This document shows, piece by piece, positions 43,852 to 55,902 of a stretch of 64,000 bases of DNA. A program made the position numbers and the translations under genes. This DNA is from Macrostomum lignano. Its lineage: Eukaryota. The stretch covers positions 124,001 through 188,000 of the forward strand of contig NIVC01000411.1 of the NCBI GenBank assembly GCA_002269645.1, in the 5' to 3' direction. The first letter of the stretch is position 1. Each line of letters opens with the position of its first letter. A model generated the notes under the pieces. It ran no database searches, was not told the origin of the DNA, and saw only the letters and a list, made by a program, of their open reading frames with translations.

Positions 43852-46582
43852 GTCACTTGAGGTCTTGGGGCAAGGTCTCAGTGCGCGCAAGACCTCGTGA
43901 CTCATTCTATTTTTAGAACTGATGTCACTTGAGGTCTCCGGCCAGAGTACACGCGGCTGTGACTCAGTTGCTATTTTTAGCAACATGAGTCACTCCTCTC
44001 TTTAGAGAAGGGAGGGTTCCAAAAGCACGTGATTCTCCCGGTAAACAGGGCCAATGAGTGCAGTAAACATGTTTACTGCACTTTAAGACTCGAAGAACAC
44101 AGAGTCTGTCATGTGACTTGCTCACATGACAGAGGAAAACGGGACGGGAACGAAACAGAGACAGCCCACAGCAGAGAAGCTAAGGGCTGAGAACTGAGAC
44201 GCAGAAGGGCCAAGGCCAAGGGCAGCAACAGACAGGCCAAGGGGGGCGGGAAGCTGACCAGCGGCAGACAGCAACCCAGGGCGAGGGCGAGGAAGACTGC
44301 TGACAAAGTGGGATGCCTAACATCAACTAGCAGATCACTACACTTTAAATATGAAAACAAAGCATAGCATTAAAAAATAAAGTCCATACTTTTACCTTTC
44401 TATAAATATTGTACTCATTTTTGTGAGATGCAATAGATAAAGATAGGGGGTTCAATTTCTAACTGCCACTGTATATTGGAAGGGGTTGGTTGCTGTATAT
44501 TGGAGGATTGATTTTGATTGCATAGCCATTTTGTTAACTTTAACTGAGACTGATACTGACTAACTGAGAAATTGATTATACCATCAATTGGTTGAATTGG
44601 TTCAATTTTTTTGGTGCCTTTTAATAGGTAGCTCTGTATATCCCTAACCCTAACTTTAACCCTAACCACTAATGCCTCTACCTTGCATATTAGCTAAATT
44701 AATTGCATCTTTTTATAGATTTCAATTTATTAGTCTTGATTGATAGAGATGATATTGATAGAAAATTTTTTAACAGAGGGGATTTTGGTAGAATTTAGTT
44801 TCATCAAGGGAATTTAATAAAGTTCTATTTCAAGGAGAGGATTTTAATGGTATTCAGTTTCATGGAGAAGATTGCTATTTCATGGAAAAGATTTTGATGG
44901 ATTTAAGTTTCATAGAAAATATTTCAATGGATTAAAGTTTTATGAAAAAAGATTTTGATATAGTTCTATTTCATAGAAAGGATTTTAGTAGTCTTGTTTC
45001 ATAGAGAGGATTTTGATAGACTCCTGTTTCACAAAAAGATAGATTTCTGTTTTATTAAGACTATTTTAATTGATTTCTGTTTCACAAAGTGGCTTTTGAT
45101 AGATATCTGTTTTACAGAAAGGATTTTGATTGATTTCTATTCAAAGGAGAGGATTTAAATGGATTTATTTTTCACTGAGATGATTTTGATGGAGTCCTGT
45201 TTGATGGAGAGGATTTTCATGAATTTGGAGAGGACTTGGATGCTGGGATTTGGGTTTTGATATTCAGCTGATAGAGTTTAAGAAATGGAATTCTGGCAAT
45301 AGAAGCTCTTCTTCTTTCTCCTCCAAAAGAGAAGTTCTACTCATTTATACTATAATTGCTTCAGACCTAAGGCTAAAAGTTTGTTTTTTTTTAAATAAAA
45401 ATATTCATGACAACATTTAAGCCACTATAGCTATAGGCTTATTGACATAGAATGCTTATAAAAATATTTAATTTTTTATTATTCTTGGCTTAGGTCCCCT
45501 ATTGTCTATTGATTTTTATGACCTTGACTTATTGAGATACTATCATATATAATATTTAAATTATAATAATTGCTTATAAAACATGGCTATGTCTAACTTA
45601 GTAGAATGCATTACAATAATACTTCTATGTGCTTAAAGATATAAAAGTCTTAAAGTTTTCCTAGGCCTAACATTATTGATTCTATTTAGGACTAATTTCA
45701 TTTCTTGATTCCACTTGATTCCATTTTTTCATCATATTTTTATTTCTATTTTATTTTGCTTTACTGATACTTTACTAATGCTTTAAGATGGCTACTATCT
45801 CTTCAACATTAAAACTGATTTTTATGTTAGGGACAACCTAATATAGCCTATTGAGCCTAAGCCTATTCTATAATATTATATTGATTTTTTCTTGTATCTA
45901 CCTGTATTATTGATAGTTATGCAATGAGTCTCCTTTGAAAAAAAATGGTAGCTTTATCAACCTTGCCTAAAAATTGTCATTAACACTTTTATTATAAAAT
46001 TTTTAATTGTCAAGTGGATGTCCCATTTTAAGACTAGGCAACAACATGCCAACGTTACACTCTAAAGATGGACCTTTATTGACTTATCCAAAATAAGTTA
46101 AATTAAAGTTATTTTTTAAATAAATCTTTCCACTTTCTAGCATATTACATTCATTATGGTTTTGTAAAATAACTACAAAATGTGTTTGTCATGAGCCACA
46201 AATGGCCAAAAATGGGGGATGGGGTTAGAACACATGACTTTGGGCTGTATTTCTCAAAAAGACAACTCTTAATTGGAGTCGCAGATACTAGAATAACTAG
46301 ATGGGCCACTCAGCACATTTGCGTGTAAGCTACTTTCAGTTCAGTAGTAAGTTGAAAAGAAGCATTTTAATGTATTTTTAAAGCCAAGGCTCATTTATTG
46401 GCTCTTAACCCCCAGCTTAAACCCTCAAACCGTGCTTATCTGTGGTCAGAGTCAAAAGCATCATAGTAAAATATATAGTAGGACTCTGCTCTAATAGTTC
46501 TACTTATAGTAGTACGAGTACACAGGACCAGGATTAAGTACAAAACTCATGAACACTTCAGTGCAAGTGAGCGTGCAAAGAA

Positions 46583-49415
46583 ATGCAACAGCAGCAGCAG
46601 CCAGCAGCGAAGGAGCTGCACTCCAACCAGCTGGCCATGCAGGTTGTCAGGCGCCTCTCTAAGCGGCTGCAAAAGCGCCAGCAGGCCGAGTCTGGCGCCA
46701 CCGCCGCCGATCTCATCCAGATGGTTCGCCGCGAGGCCGTGGCCTGCGCCGGCCGCGATCCCGTCGACGCCGTGTCGCAGAACGCCTGCCGTCGGGTGCT
46801 GAAAATCCTTCGCGAGGAGGCCGTGCACAGCCTGGGCGCCTCGGCCCAGCTGCTCAGCTCTCTGCAGAATAATCTGTTTAGCGAGCGGCCCATCGACTAC
46901 AGCCAGGTGATTGTTGGCTTCGGCTTTCGTATCTGTCTGTGTCTGCTGTGTCTGTCTGTGTCTGCTGGCTGGCTGTCTGTCTGTGTCTGCTGTCTGTCTG
47001 TGTCTGCTGGCTGTCTGTGTCTGCTGGCTGGCTGTCTGTCTGTGTCTGCTGGCTGCCTGTGTCTGCTGGCTGGCTGTCTGCTGGCTGGCTGTCTGTCTGT
47101 CATTCTGTCTGCCTACCTGTCTGTCTTTCTGCCTGTCTGTCTGCTGGCTGGCTGTCTGTCTGTCATTCTGTCTGCCTACCTGTCTGTCTTTCTGCCTGTC
47201 TGTGTGCTGTCTGTCTGTCATTCTGTCTGCCTGTCTGTCTTTCTGCCTGTCTGTGTGCTGTCTGTCTTTCTGACTGTCTGTGTGCTGTCCTTCTGTGTGT
47301 CTGTCATCCGTCTGTGTCTGGCCTTTCTGCCCCTTTTAAGCAAAATCTGTCTACATAGAGCTCTGTGCTCTATGTATAGATTTGTTGCTGTCATTTTATG
47401 CCCATTAGTCGCGTATTGTATATTGCACCTTTGTTTTGAATATACAAGTAAGCCTATAGCTGTTGATTTAATCACTTCCTAGATCTGTGCATTTTAATGT
47501 TTCTCTCAATTTAGGTGAAAGCCGACAGTCTTCGTGATGCCGTTTCTGCCGCCATCAAAGAGCTGTCGCTGGAGCTCGAGACCAGTCTGGACGATCTGCG
47601 CAGCCACGGCGCCGCCCACATCGGCGAGAACGAGGTGGTGCTCACGCTGGGCTACTCGCACTCAGTTGCCAGGGTGCTGCAGACAGCGGCTGCTACTCGC
47701 AAATTTCAAGTGATTGTGTGCGACTCCGGGCCCAACTTCTCCGGCTCTCGGATGCTGCAGCTGCTCAAAACTGTGCCGCAGGTGTGTGTTTCTTGGAAAC
47801 TGAGCGCAACCCTTTCTAAACATCAGATCTCAAATCATGCCAACCCCTCCGTAGATGCCGCACCCTCACTAGATGCCACACCCTCACTAGTGCCACACCC
47901 TCACTAGATGCCACACCCTCACTAGTGCCACACCCTCACTAGATGCCACACCCTCACTAGTGCCACACCCTCACTAGTGCCACACCCTCACTAGATGCCA
48001 CACCCTCACTAGTGCCACACCCTCCCTAGATGCCACACCCTCCCTAGATGCCGCACCCTCCCTAGATGCCACACCCTCACTAGTGCCACACCCTCACTAG
48101 ATGCCACACCCTCACTAGTGCCACACCCTCACTAGATGCCACACCCTCACTAGTGCCACACCCTCACTAGATGCCACACCCTCACTAGTGCCACACCCTC
48201 ACTAGTGCCACACCCTCACTAGATGCCACACCCTCACTAGTGCCACACCCTCCCTAGATGCCACACCCTCCCTAGATGCCGCACCCTCCCTAGATGCCAC
48301 CCCCTCCCTAGATGCCGCACCCTCCCTAGATGCCACACCCTCCCTAGATGCCGCACCCTCCCTAGATGCCACCCCCTCCCTAGATGCCGCACCCTCCCTA
48401 GATGCCACACCCTCCCTAGATGCTGCACCCTCACTAGATGCCGCACCCTCCCAAGATGCCACACCCTCCCTAGATGCCACATTCTCCCTAGATGCCACAT
48501 CCTCCCCAGATGCCACACCCTCCCTAGATGCCACCCTCCCTAGATGCCACCCTCCCTAGATGCCACCCTCCCTAGATGCCACACCCTCCCCAGATGCCAC
48601 ACTCTCTATATGCCACACCCTCCCTAGTGCTACATTTTCTTTAGATCCCACACCCCCAGATGTCACTCTCCCCAGATCCCATATCCCCCTCAGATCCCAC
48701 ACCCCCAGATGCCACACCCCCAGATGCCATATCCCCCTCAGGTCCCACACCCCCAGATCCCATATCCCCATCAGATGCCATATCCCCCTCAGATCCCACA
48801 CCCCCAGATCCCATATCCCCATCAGATGCCATATCCCCCTCAGATCCCACACCCCCAGATGCCATATCCCCCTCAGATCCCACACCCCCAGATGCCACAC
48901 ATTCCTGGCATCCTTTCCGTGGTTACTATCGCCAGATCAATCTCAAACTCACCCCCTCCCAGATCGACGCCAGCCTGATCACTGACGCGCACGCATTCGC
49001 TGTCATGTCCCGAGTGCACCGCTGCCTGCTCTCCGCCCAGACGGTGTTCGCCGACGGCGGCCTCAGGGCCGAGTGCGGCACCCACGGTCTCCTGCTGGCG
49101 GCCAAGCGCCACTCCGTGCCCGTGCTGGTCTGCACGCCCGCGCACAAGCTCGCCCCCGCATATCACAGCGTTGAACGGGCCAACGTCTATCTGAACCCGG
49201 CCTGCCTGCTGGAGGAGAATCTGTCCTTTGCCGAGGTGCACTGTCCCAAGTATGACCTGGTGCCGCCCGGCCTTGTGACCTTGTTTGTCACCAACCTGGG
49301 CGGCTTGGCACCCGCGCATCTGCACCGCTGCCTGGCTGAGCAGTACCATCAGGATGACTATAGCATTGATGCTGGGGAAGCTGATGGGGATGCGGGTGTG
49401 CTTGATGACGAGTGA
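46583..49415 (+). CDS. EIF2B2: Translation initiation factor eIF2B subunit beta, 347 aa
   Basis: Exons 46583-46906, 47515-47781, 48963-49415. Motifs NACRRVLKILREE, AHIGENEVVLTLGYS, ITDAHAFAVMSRV, VFADGGLRAECGTH, YDLVPPGLVTLFVTNLGGLAP. Confidence 0.92.
46930..47315. repeat. TGTC/CTGG-rich simple repeats in EIF2B2 intron 1
   Basis: Directly visible. Confidence 0.85.
47840..48900. repeat. 18-bp (GCCACACCCTCCCTAGAT)n array grading into CCCCAGATCCC-type units, EIF2B2 intron 2
   Basis: Directly visible. Confidence 0.9.
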
Positions 49416-50375
49416 GGCTGGGATAGCACTGATGCTGGGGAAGCTGATGGGGATGCGGGTGTGCTTGATGAGGAGTGAGGCTGGGATAGCATTGATGCTG
49501 GGGAAGCTGATGGGGATGCGGGTGTGCTTGATGACGAGTGAGGCTGGGATAGCACTGATGCTGGGGAAGCTGATGGGGATGCGGGTGTGCTTGATGAGGA
49601 GTGAGGCTGGGATAGCATTGATGCTGGGGAAGCTGATGGGGATGCGGGTGTGCTTGATGACGAGTGAGGCTGGGATAGCACTGATGCTGGGGAAGCTGAT
49701 GGGGATGCGGGTGTGCTTGATGAGGAGTGAGGCTGGGATAGCACTGATGCTGGGGAAGCTGATGGGGATGCGAGTGTGCTTGATGAGGAGTGAGGCTGGG
49801 ATAGCATTGATGCTGGGGAAGCTGATGGGGATGCGAGTGTGCTTGATGAGGAGTGAGGCTGGGATAGCATTGATGCTGGGGAAGCTGATGGGGATGCGGG
49901 TGTGCTTGATGACGAGTGAGGCTGGGATAGCACTGATGCTGGGGAAGCTGATGGGGATGCGGGTGTGCTTGATGAGGAGTGAGGCTGGGATAGCATTGAT
50001 GCTGGGGAAGCTGATGGGGATGCGGGTGTGCTTGATGACGAGTGAGGCTGGGATAGCACTGATGCTGGGGAAGCTGATGGGGATGCGGGTGTGCTTGATG
50101 AGGAGTGAGGCTGGGATAGCACTGATGCTGGGGAAGCTGATGGGGATGCGGGTGTGCTTGATGAGGAGTGAGGCTGGGATAGCATTGATGCTGGGGAAGC
50201 TGATGGGGATGCGAGTGTGCTTGATGAGGAGTGAGGCTGGGATAGCATTGATGCTGGGGAAGCTGATGGGGATGCGAGTGTGCTTGATGACGAGTGAGGC
50301 TGGGATAGCACTGATGCTGGGGAAGCTGATGGGGATGCGGGTGCCTTTGATGAGGAGTGAGGCTGGGGTGGCATT
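49360..50375 (+). repeat. 63-bp minisatellite (about 16 copies) whose first unit is the EIF2B2 C-terminus and stop codon
   Basis: Unit ATAGCATTGATGCTGGGGAAGCTGATGGGGATGCGGGTGTGCTTGATGACGAGTGAGGCTGGG. Confidence 0.9.
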
Positions 50376-50959
50376 AATGAGGAGTGAGGTTGGGGAAGGA
50401 ATTGATGAGGAGTGATGCTGGGGAAGGCATAATGAGAAGTGAGGCTGGGGAAGGCAGCTGATGTGAGGATTTCTGAAGTTGCCCATGAGGCTACTATCAG
50501 TAGTAAGCGTTTAGAAATTCTATATATTCAGTGTTTTGTTTGATTAAATTGCATATTAATTGTTTATTGATGTTGTGACTGCAGACTGCTTTAAAATTAT
50601 TGTATAGCAGTATTTAGTCAGGCCTATGAGGTTATGTTTATCAAATAAATCGTGACCAAGTTTAGTATGATGGAGTGTGTTATTAATGAAGTTGATTGTA
50701 TTGGGTGAAAAAAGTTAGAAAAGTTTTTTTCAAGTTTTTTATATTAGTTGGATTTTACATGACAGACTTTAATATAGCACTCATTTTGTCAATTTCAGCG
50801 AATGCTCTAGCTCACAAAGCTTCATTAATATAGAAGCTTTAAAACAGAGAGTTTAAGCTTTCAACATGATGCCTCCAGCGCCAAATATGATGCCCTGATT
50901 GCAAAAGCAGCTTTCTGCTTTGTTGTCTAAGCTGATTAGAACTCGAACTCTGCTTTTTA

Positions 50960-53900
50960 ATGTCGTTCACTTGTCGCCTATGCTTGCTGCGGCAGCCACT
51001 AGCGGCTCCAGCCGCCGCTTCAATGCATCGCTTGTTGTTGTCGTCTTTGTCCGGCCAGCCTCGGCGTCTTCTGTCCGGGACACCGTCCTCTTCAGAGCCG
51101 GGCTCTGGCGGCGGCGGAGTTGACGCGAAGCCAACTGTGAAGGTTGTGCCGAGAATTAAAACAGATATTAAGTGAGCGGCGCTTCTTTTTTAGTCAACCG
51201 AGTTTCTCTCTGGACTAGAGTGTGCTTTTGTGCATTGTGCTGAATAGGGTTCGCCCCAGCTTCCGGCTCTCCATCAATGCTCGCAACATGCCTGAAGCAG
51301 CGGAATTTCCTTCTCTTGATCAGATTTCCTTCTCTTTCCAGGAAATGCGTAGCTGTCTTAGAGGCCGGTGGCACTATGCAGTCTATTGAATGGCGTACTA
51401 ACCGCTGCCAGTGCTGCTTAACTGGCAAATTTAGTTAGTTTAGCCAGTTTGTAAATTTGTGTAACTCATAGATGAGCCAAAACATCATTCATTTAAATAA
51501 TATACACTAAAATTTACTTCACATTCTTTTCTTGCTACTCGTTAGTAGTCCATCCCTAATATTTGTCAACTTTTTCGATGCCCGCCCTAACAGATACGAC
51601 GGATCCGTAAAGTCCATGCACTTCATCACCCCTCTGCGGGCGATGCGCGAATACGTGCTGGAATTCTCCGACTTGGACAAGCTCACTAAGTACTCCAGTC
51701 GAAGCCCCTATTCGCACAATGTACGCATCGAGCTGTACAATAGAGCTGATATTGAAGCCCTGGCCTACGCCAAACACGGCGGTAAGGATTCTCTGGACCG
51801 ACTGCGCGAACGCCTCTCCAGGCAGCAGCTGGAGGAGCGGACGAACTTGTTTAATATTAAGAAAGCGCTTAAGAAACTGCACGGCCAGAGCACTATGGAG
51901 CAGGAGCGGATGGAGGAGTGAGTTGTGCTGGTGATAAATGTTCGGGAAATTCTGTCCTTCATGTACATAGACACCGATCCACTCCGCTATCAGGATCCCT
52001 TTGCTTCTGCGTACATTAGGCACCAACCCCACATCGCAACCTAGATTCCCTTCCCTCTATGTACATTCAACACCAACCCCACTCCGCAATCTGGATTCTC
52101 TTCCCTTCTGTGTACATTCAACACCAACCCCACTCCACAATCTGGATTCCCTTCCCTCCGTGTACATTAGACACCAACCCCACTCCGCAATCTGGATTCC
52201 CTTCCCTTCTGTGTACATTCAGCACCAACCCCACTCCGCAATCTGGATTCTCTTCCCTCCCTCTGTGTACATTAGACACCAACCCCACTCCATCTGCTAT
52301 CCAGCTAATCCTAAACTAAGCCCTCCCATATCCACCTATGCAGGTACAATGCCCGCCTAGACCGGCCCAGCGAGAGCCTGGTCCAGTCCAAGGCTGGCCG
52401 AATCGTGCTAACAGCCGTGGCCATCAACGCGGCCAATGCTGGCATCAAAGCGGTGGCCTGGTGGTTCACGGGATCGCACAGCATGCTAGGCGAGACTGTG
52501 CACTCGCTAGCCGACACGCTCAATCAGATCATTCTGGCATTCGGTCTGCACCAATCGCTGCAACGCCCAGACGAGACGCATCCGTACGGTTACGCACCGT
52601 TGCGCAACGTGTCCTCGCTAATTAGCGGCGTTGGCATATTCTTCTGCGGCGCTGTGGTGGCCTGGTACGAGGGCATGCGCGGCCTCAGCGGCGCTGCCGA
52701 CGGGCCGCACAATCTGTACTGGGCCATGGTCATCATGGGCGGCTCCCTGCTGTCCGAAGGCGCCACGCTGATTATGGCGCTGAGACACGCGCAGCAGGAG
52801 GCGGCTAGGATGAAAATCAGCTTGCGGCAGTTCGTTGTGGCAGGCTACGATCCGTCTACTAATGTGGTGCTGATGGAGGATCTGGCCGCGGTTGCCGGGG
52901 TCACCGTTGCCACCGTTGGCATGGGACTGAGCGCCTGGACTGGGCACGCCTATCCCGACGCTGCCGGGGCCGTTGTGATTGGCTGCCTGCTGGCTGGGGT
53001 GGCCGGCTTCATTGTGCGGACTAATGCTCAGGTTGGTCTGGCTTGAGTTCTTGGGTGTTCAGTGCTGTGTCTGTAGGTATTGGATGCTGTGTCTGGAGGA
53101 ATTGGATGCTGTGTCTGGAGGCATTGGATGGTGTGTTTGTAGGTATTGGATGGTGTGTTTGTAGGTATTGAATGGTGTGTCTGTAGGTATTGGATACTGT
53201 GTTTGTAGGTATTGAATACTGTGTCTGTAAGTATTGGATGGTGTGTCTGTAGGTATTGGATACTGTGTTTGTAGGTATTGGATGGTGAGTCTGTAGGTAT
53301 TGGATGGTGAGTCTGTAGATATTGGATGGTGTGTCTGGACGTATTAGGTGCTGTGTCTGGTGGTATTGGATGGTGTGTCTGTAGGTATTGGATGCTGTGT
53401 CTGTAGGTATTGGATGCTGTGTCTGGGAAGTATTGGATGGTGTGTCTGTAGGTATTGGATGCTGTGTCTGTAGGTATTGGATGGTGAGTCTGTAGATATT
53501 GGATGGTGTGTCTGGACGTATTAGGTGCTGTGTCTGTAGGTATTGGATGCTGTGTCTGGGAAGTATTGGATGGTGTGTCTGTAGGTATTGAATGGTGTGT
53601 CTGTAGGTATTGGATGGTGTGTCTGTAGGTATTGGATGGTGTGTCTGTAGGTATTGGATACTGTGTCTGTAGGTATTGGATGCTGTGTCTGTAGGTATTG
53701 GATGGTGTGTCTGTAGGTATTGGATGCTGTGTCTGTAGGTATTGGATGGTGAGTCTGTAGATATTGGATGGTGTGTCTGGACGTATTAGGCGCTGTGTCT
53801 GGTGGTATTGGATGGTGTGTCTGTAGGTATTGGATGCTGTGTCTGTAGGTATTGGATGCTGTGTCTGGGAAGTATTGGATGGTGTGTCTGTAGGTATTGG

Positions 53901-55902
53901 ATGCTGTGTCTGTAGGTATTGGATGGTGTGTCTGTAGGTATTGGGTGGTGTGTCTGTAGGTATTGGATGCTGTGTCTGTAGGTATTGGATGCTGTGTCTG
54001 GGAAGTATTGGATGGTGTGTCTGTAGGTATTGGATGGTGTGTCTGTAGGTATTGGATGGTGTGTCTGTAGGTATTGGATGGTGTGTCTGTAGGTATTGGA
54101 TGCTGTGTCTGTAGGTATTGGATGCTGTGTCTGGGAAGTATTGGATGGTGTGTCTGGGAAGTATTGGATGGTGTGTCTGTAGGTATTGGATGGTGTGTCT
54201 GTAAGTATTGGATGGTGTGTCTGTAGGTATTGGATGGTGTGTCTGTAGGTATTGGATGGTGTGTCTGTAGGTATTGGATGGTGTGTCTGGACGTATTAGG
54301 TGCTGTGTCTGGTGGTATTGGATGGTGTGTCTGTAGGTATTGAATGGTGAGTCTGTAGATATTGGATGGCGTGTCTGGACGTATTGGGTGCTGTGTCTGG
54401 TGGTATTGGATGCTGTGTCTGTAGGTATTGGATGCTGTGTCTGTAGGTATTGGATGCTGTGCCTGGGAAGTATTGGATGGTGTGTCTGGAGGTTGCTGAA
54501 ATAGTGGTCTGGTTGTGTAAGAATTGTGCATATTTTTCTAAGGGCTGTTAAGATGCTGTATCTGGCCCTGGGAGCGTTGGATGATGCATTGATGTGTCCG
54601 GGAGTGTTAATGTTGTATCTGAATTTGCTGACACTGCTGATGGTAATAGCCGGTGCATTCAGCTCCTGAATGACAAATGCATGCAACATTTTTAAACTCA
54701 CTACCCGGCAGGCTCTCATCGGCAAAAGTGTACCAGTACAACAGCGCGACGCGATGCTTCGCGTTATGGAACGGCACAAAGTAGTGCGCGGTGTCTACGA
54801 CTGCAAAGCTACGGTGCTTGGCACCTCGGTTCGGCTTAAAGCAGAAGTTGATATTGACGGCGCTGTGCTCACCATGCGCTATTTGGAGACTCAGCAGCCT
54901 GGCAAACTACTGCAGGTGAGTTTTGAGTCGGTATGGATTTTTATTTAGTGGGGGGTTGGTGTTGAGAGTGGTAAAGTTGCTCGGAGAAGGACGAGGTCGT
55001 AAAGTGGGGTGGTGGGGCTGCGCGGGATGGAATGAAGTCGTAAAGTAGGGTGGTGGGGCTGTGCGGGGAGGAAGGAAGTTGCAAAGTGGGGTGGTGGGTC
55101 TGCGCAGAAAGAGACGAGGTCGTAAAGTAGGGTGGTGGGGCTGTGCGGGGAGGAAGGAAGTTGCAAAGTGGGGTGGTGGGTCTGCGAAGAAAGAGACGAG
55201 GTCGTAAAGTGGGGTGGTGGGCTACGCGGGATGGAATGAAGTCGCAAAGTGGGGTGGTGGGGATGCGCGGGAAGGAATGAAGTCGCAAAGTGGGGTGGTG
55301 GGGCTGCGCGGGGAGGAATGAAGTCGCAAAGTGGGATGGTGGGGCTGCGCGGGATGGAATGAAATCGCAAAGTGGGGTGGTGGGGCTGTGCGGGGAGGAA
55401 TGAAGTCGCAAAGTGGGATGGTAGGGCTGCGCGGGATGGAATGAAATCGCAAAGTGGGGTGGTGGGGCTGTGCGGGGAGGAAGGAAGTTGCAAAGTTGGG
55501 TGGTGGGGCTGCGCGGAAAGAGACGAGGTCGTAAAGTGGGGTGGTGGGGCTGCGCGGGATGGAATGAAGTCGCAAAGTGGGGTGGGTGGTGGGGCTGCGC
55601 GGGATGGAATACTCGTAAAGTCGCAAAGTGGGTAGGTGGGTCTGCGTGGAAAGAGACGAAGTCGTAAAGTGGGGTGGTGATGCTGCGCACAGAGGGAGGT
55701 TGCAAGGTGGTTGCATATAAACCCCCTTATTACCAATCCACAGGAAATCAAGGCAATCGAGACAGAACAACAGGCATTGAAATTCTTAATGAAGCACGGC
55801 GAGAATATTACTAACATTCTTGGCGCCGAGATTAATGAAATTGAGGCTAGCATTAAGAAAGAATTTCCAGAAGTGAAGCACATCGACCTTGAGATCAATT
55901 GA
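50960..55902 (+). CDS. SLC30A9: Zinc transporter 9 (mitochondrial CDF family), 528 aa
   Basis: Exons 50960-51171, 51594-51917, 52344-53031, 54712-54915, 55744-55902 (1587 nt, phase-consistent). Arg/Leu-rich presequence; FITPLRAMREY..SPY..YNRADIEA domain; GSHSMLGETVHSLADTLNQ; HPYGY; NVVLMEDLAAV; KHIDLEI terminus. Confidence 0.93.
52020..52290. repeat. ~53-bp tandem repeat in SLC30A9 intron 2
   Basis: ACACCAACCCCACTCCGCAATCTGGATTC..TGTACATT units. Confidence 0.8.
53060..54495. repeat. 23-bp minisatellite (GTGTCTGTAGGTATTGGATGGT-like)n in SLC30A9 intron 3
   Basis: Directly visible; unit length approximate. Confidence 0.9.
54980..55685. repeat. G-rich minisatellite (AAAGTGGGGTGGTGGGGCTGCGCGGG..) in SLC30A9 intron 4
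   Basis: Directly visible. Confidence 0.9.

Noticed and set aside
48873-50486. 537-aa minus ORF and overlapping 376/338-aa ORFs
   Set aside because: They are translations of the 63-bp minisatellite and antisense to EIF2B2, with no independent coding signal.
53028-54779. 583-aa minus ORF (YLQTHHPIPTDT repeats)
   Set aside because: Stop-free reading of an intronic minisatellite within SLC30A9.
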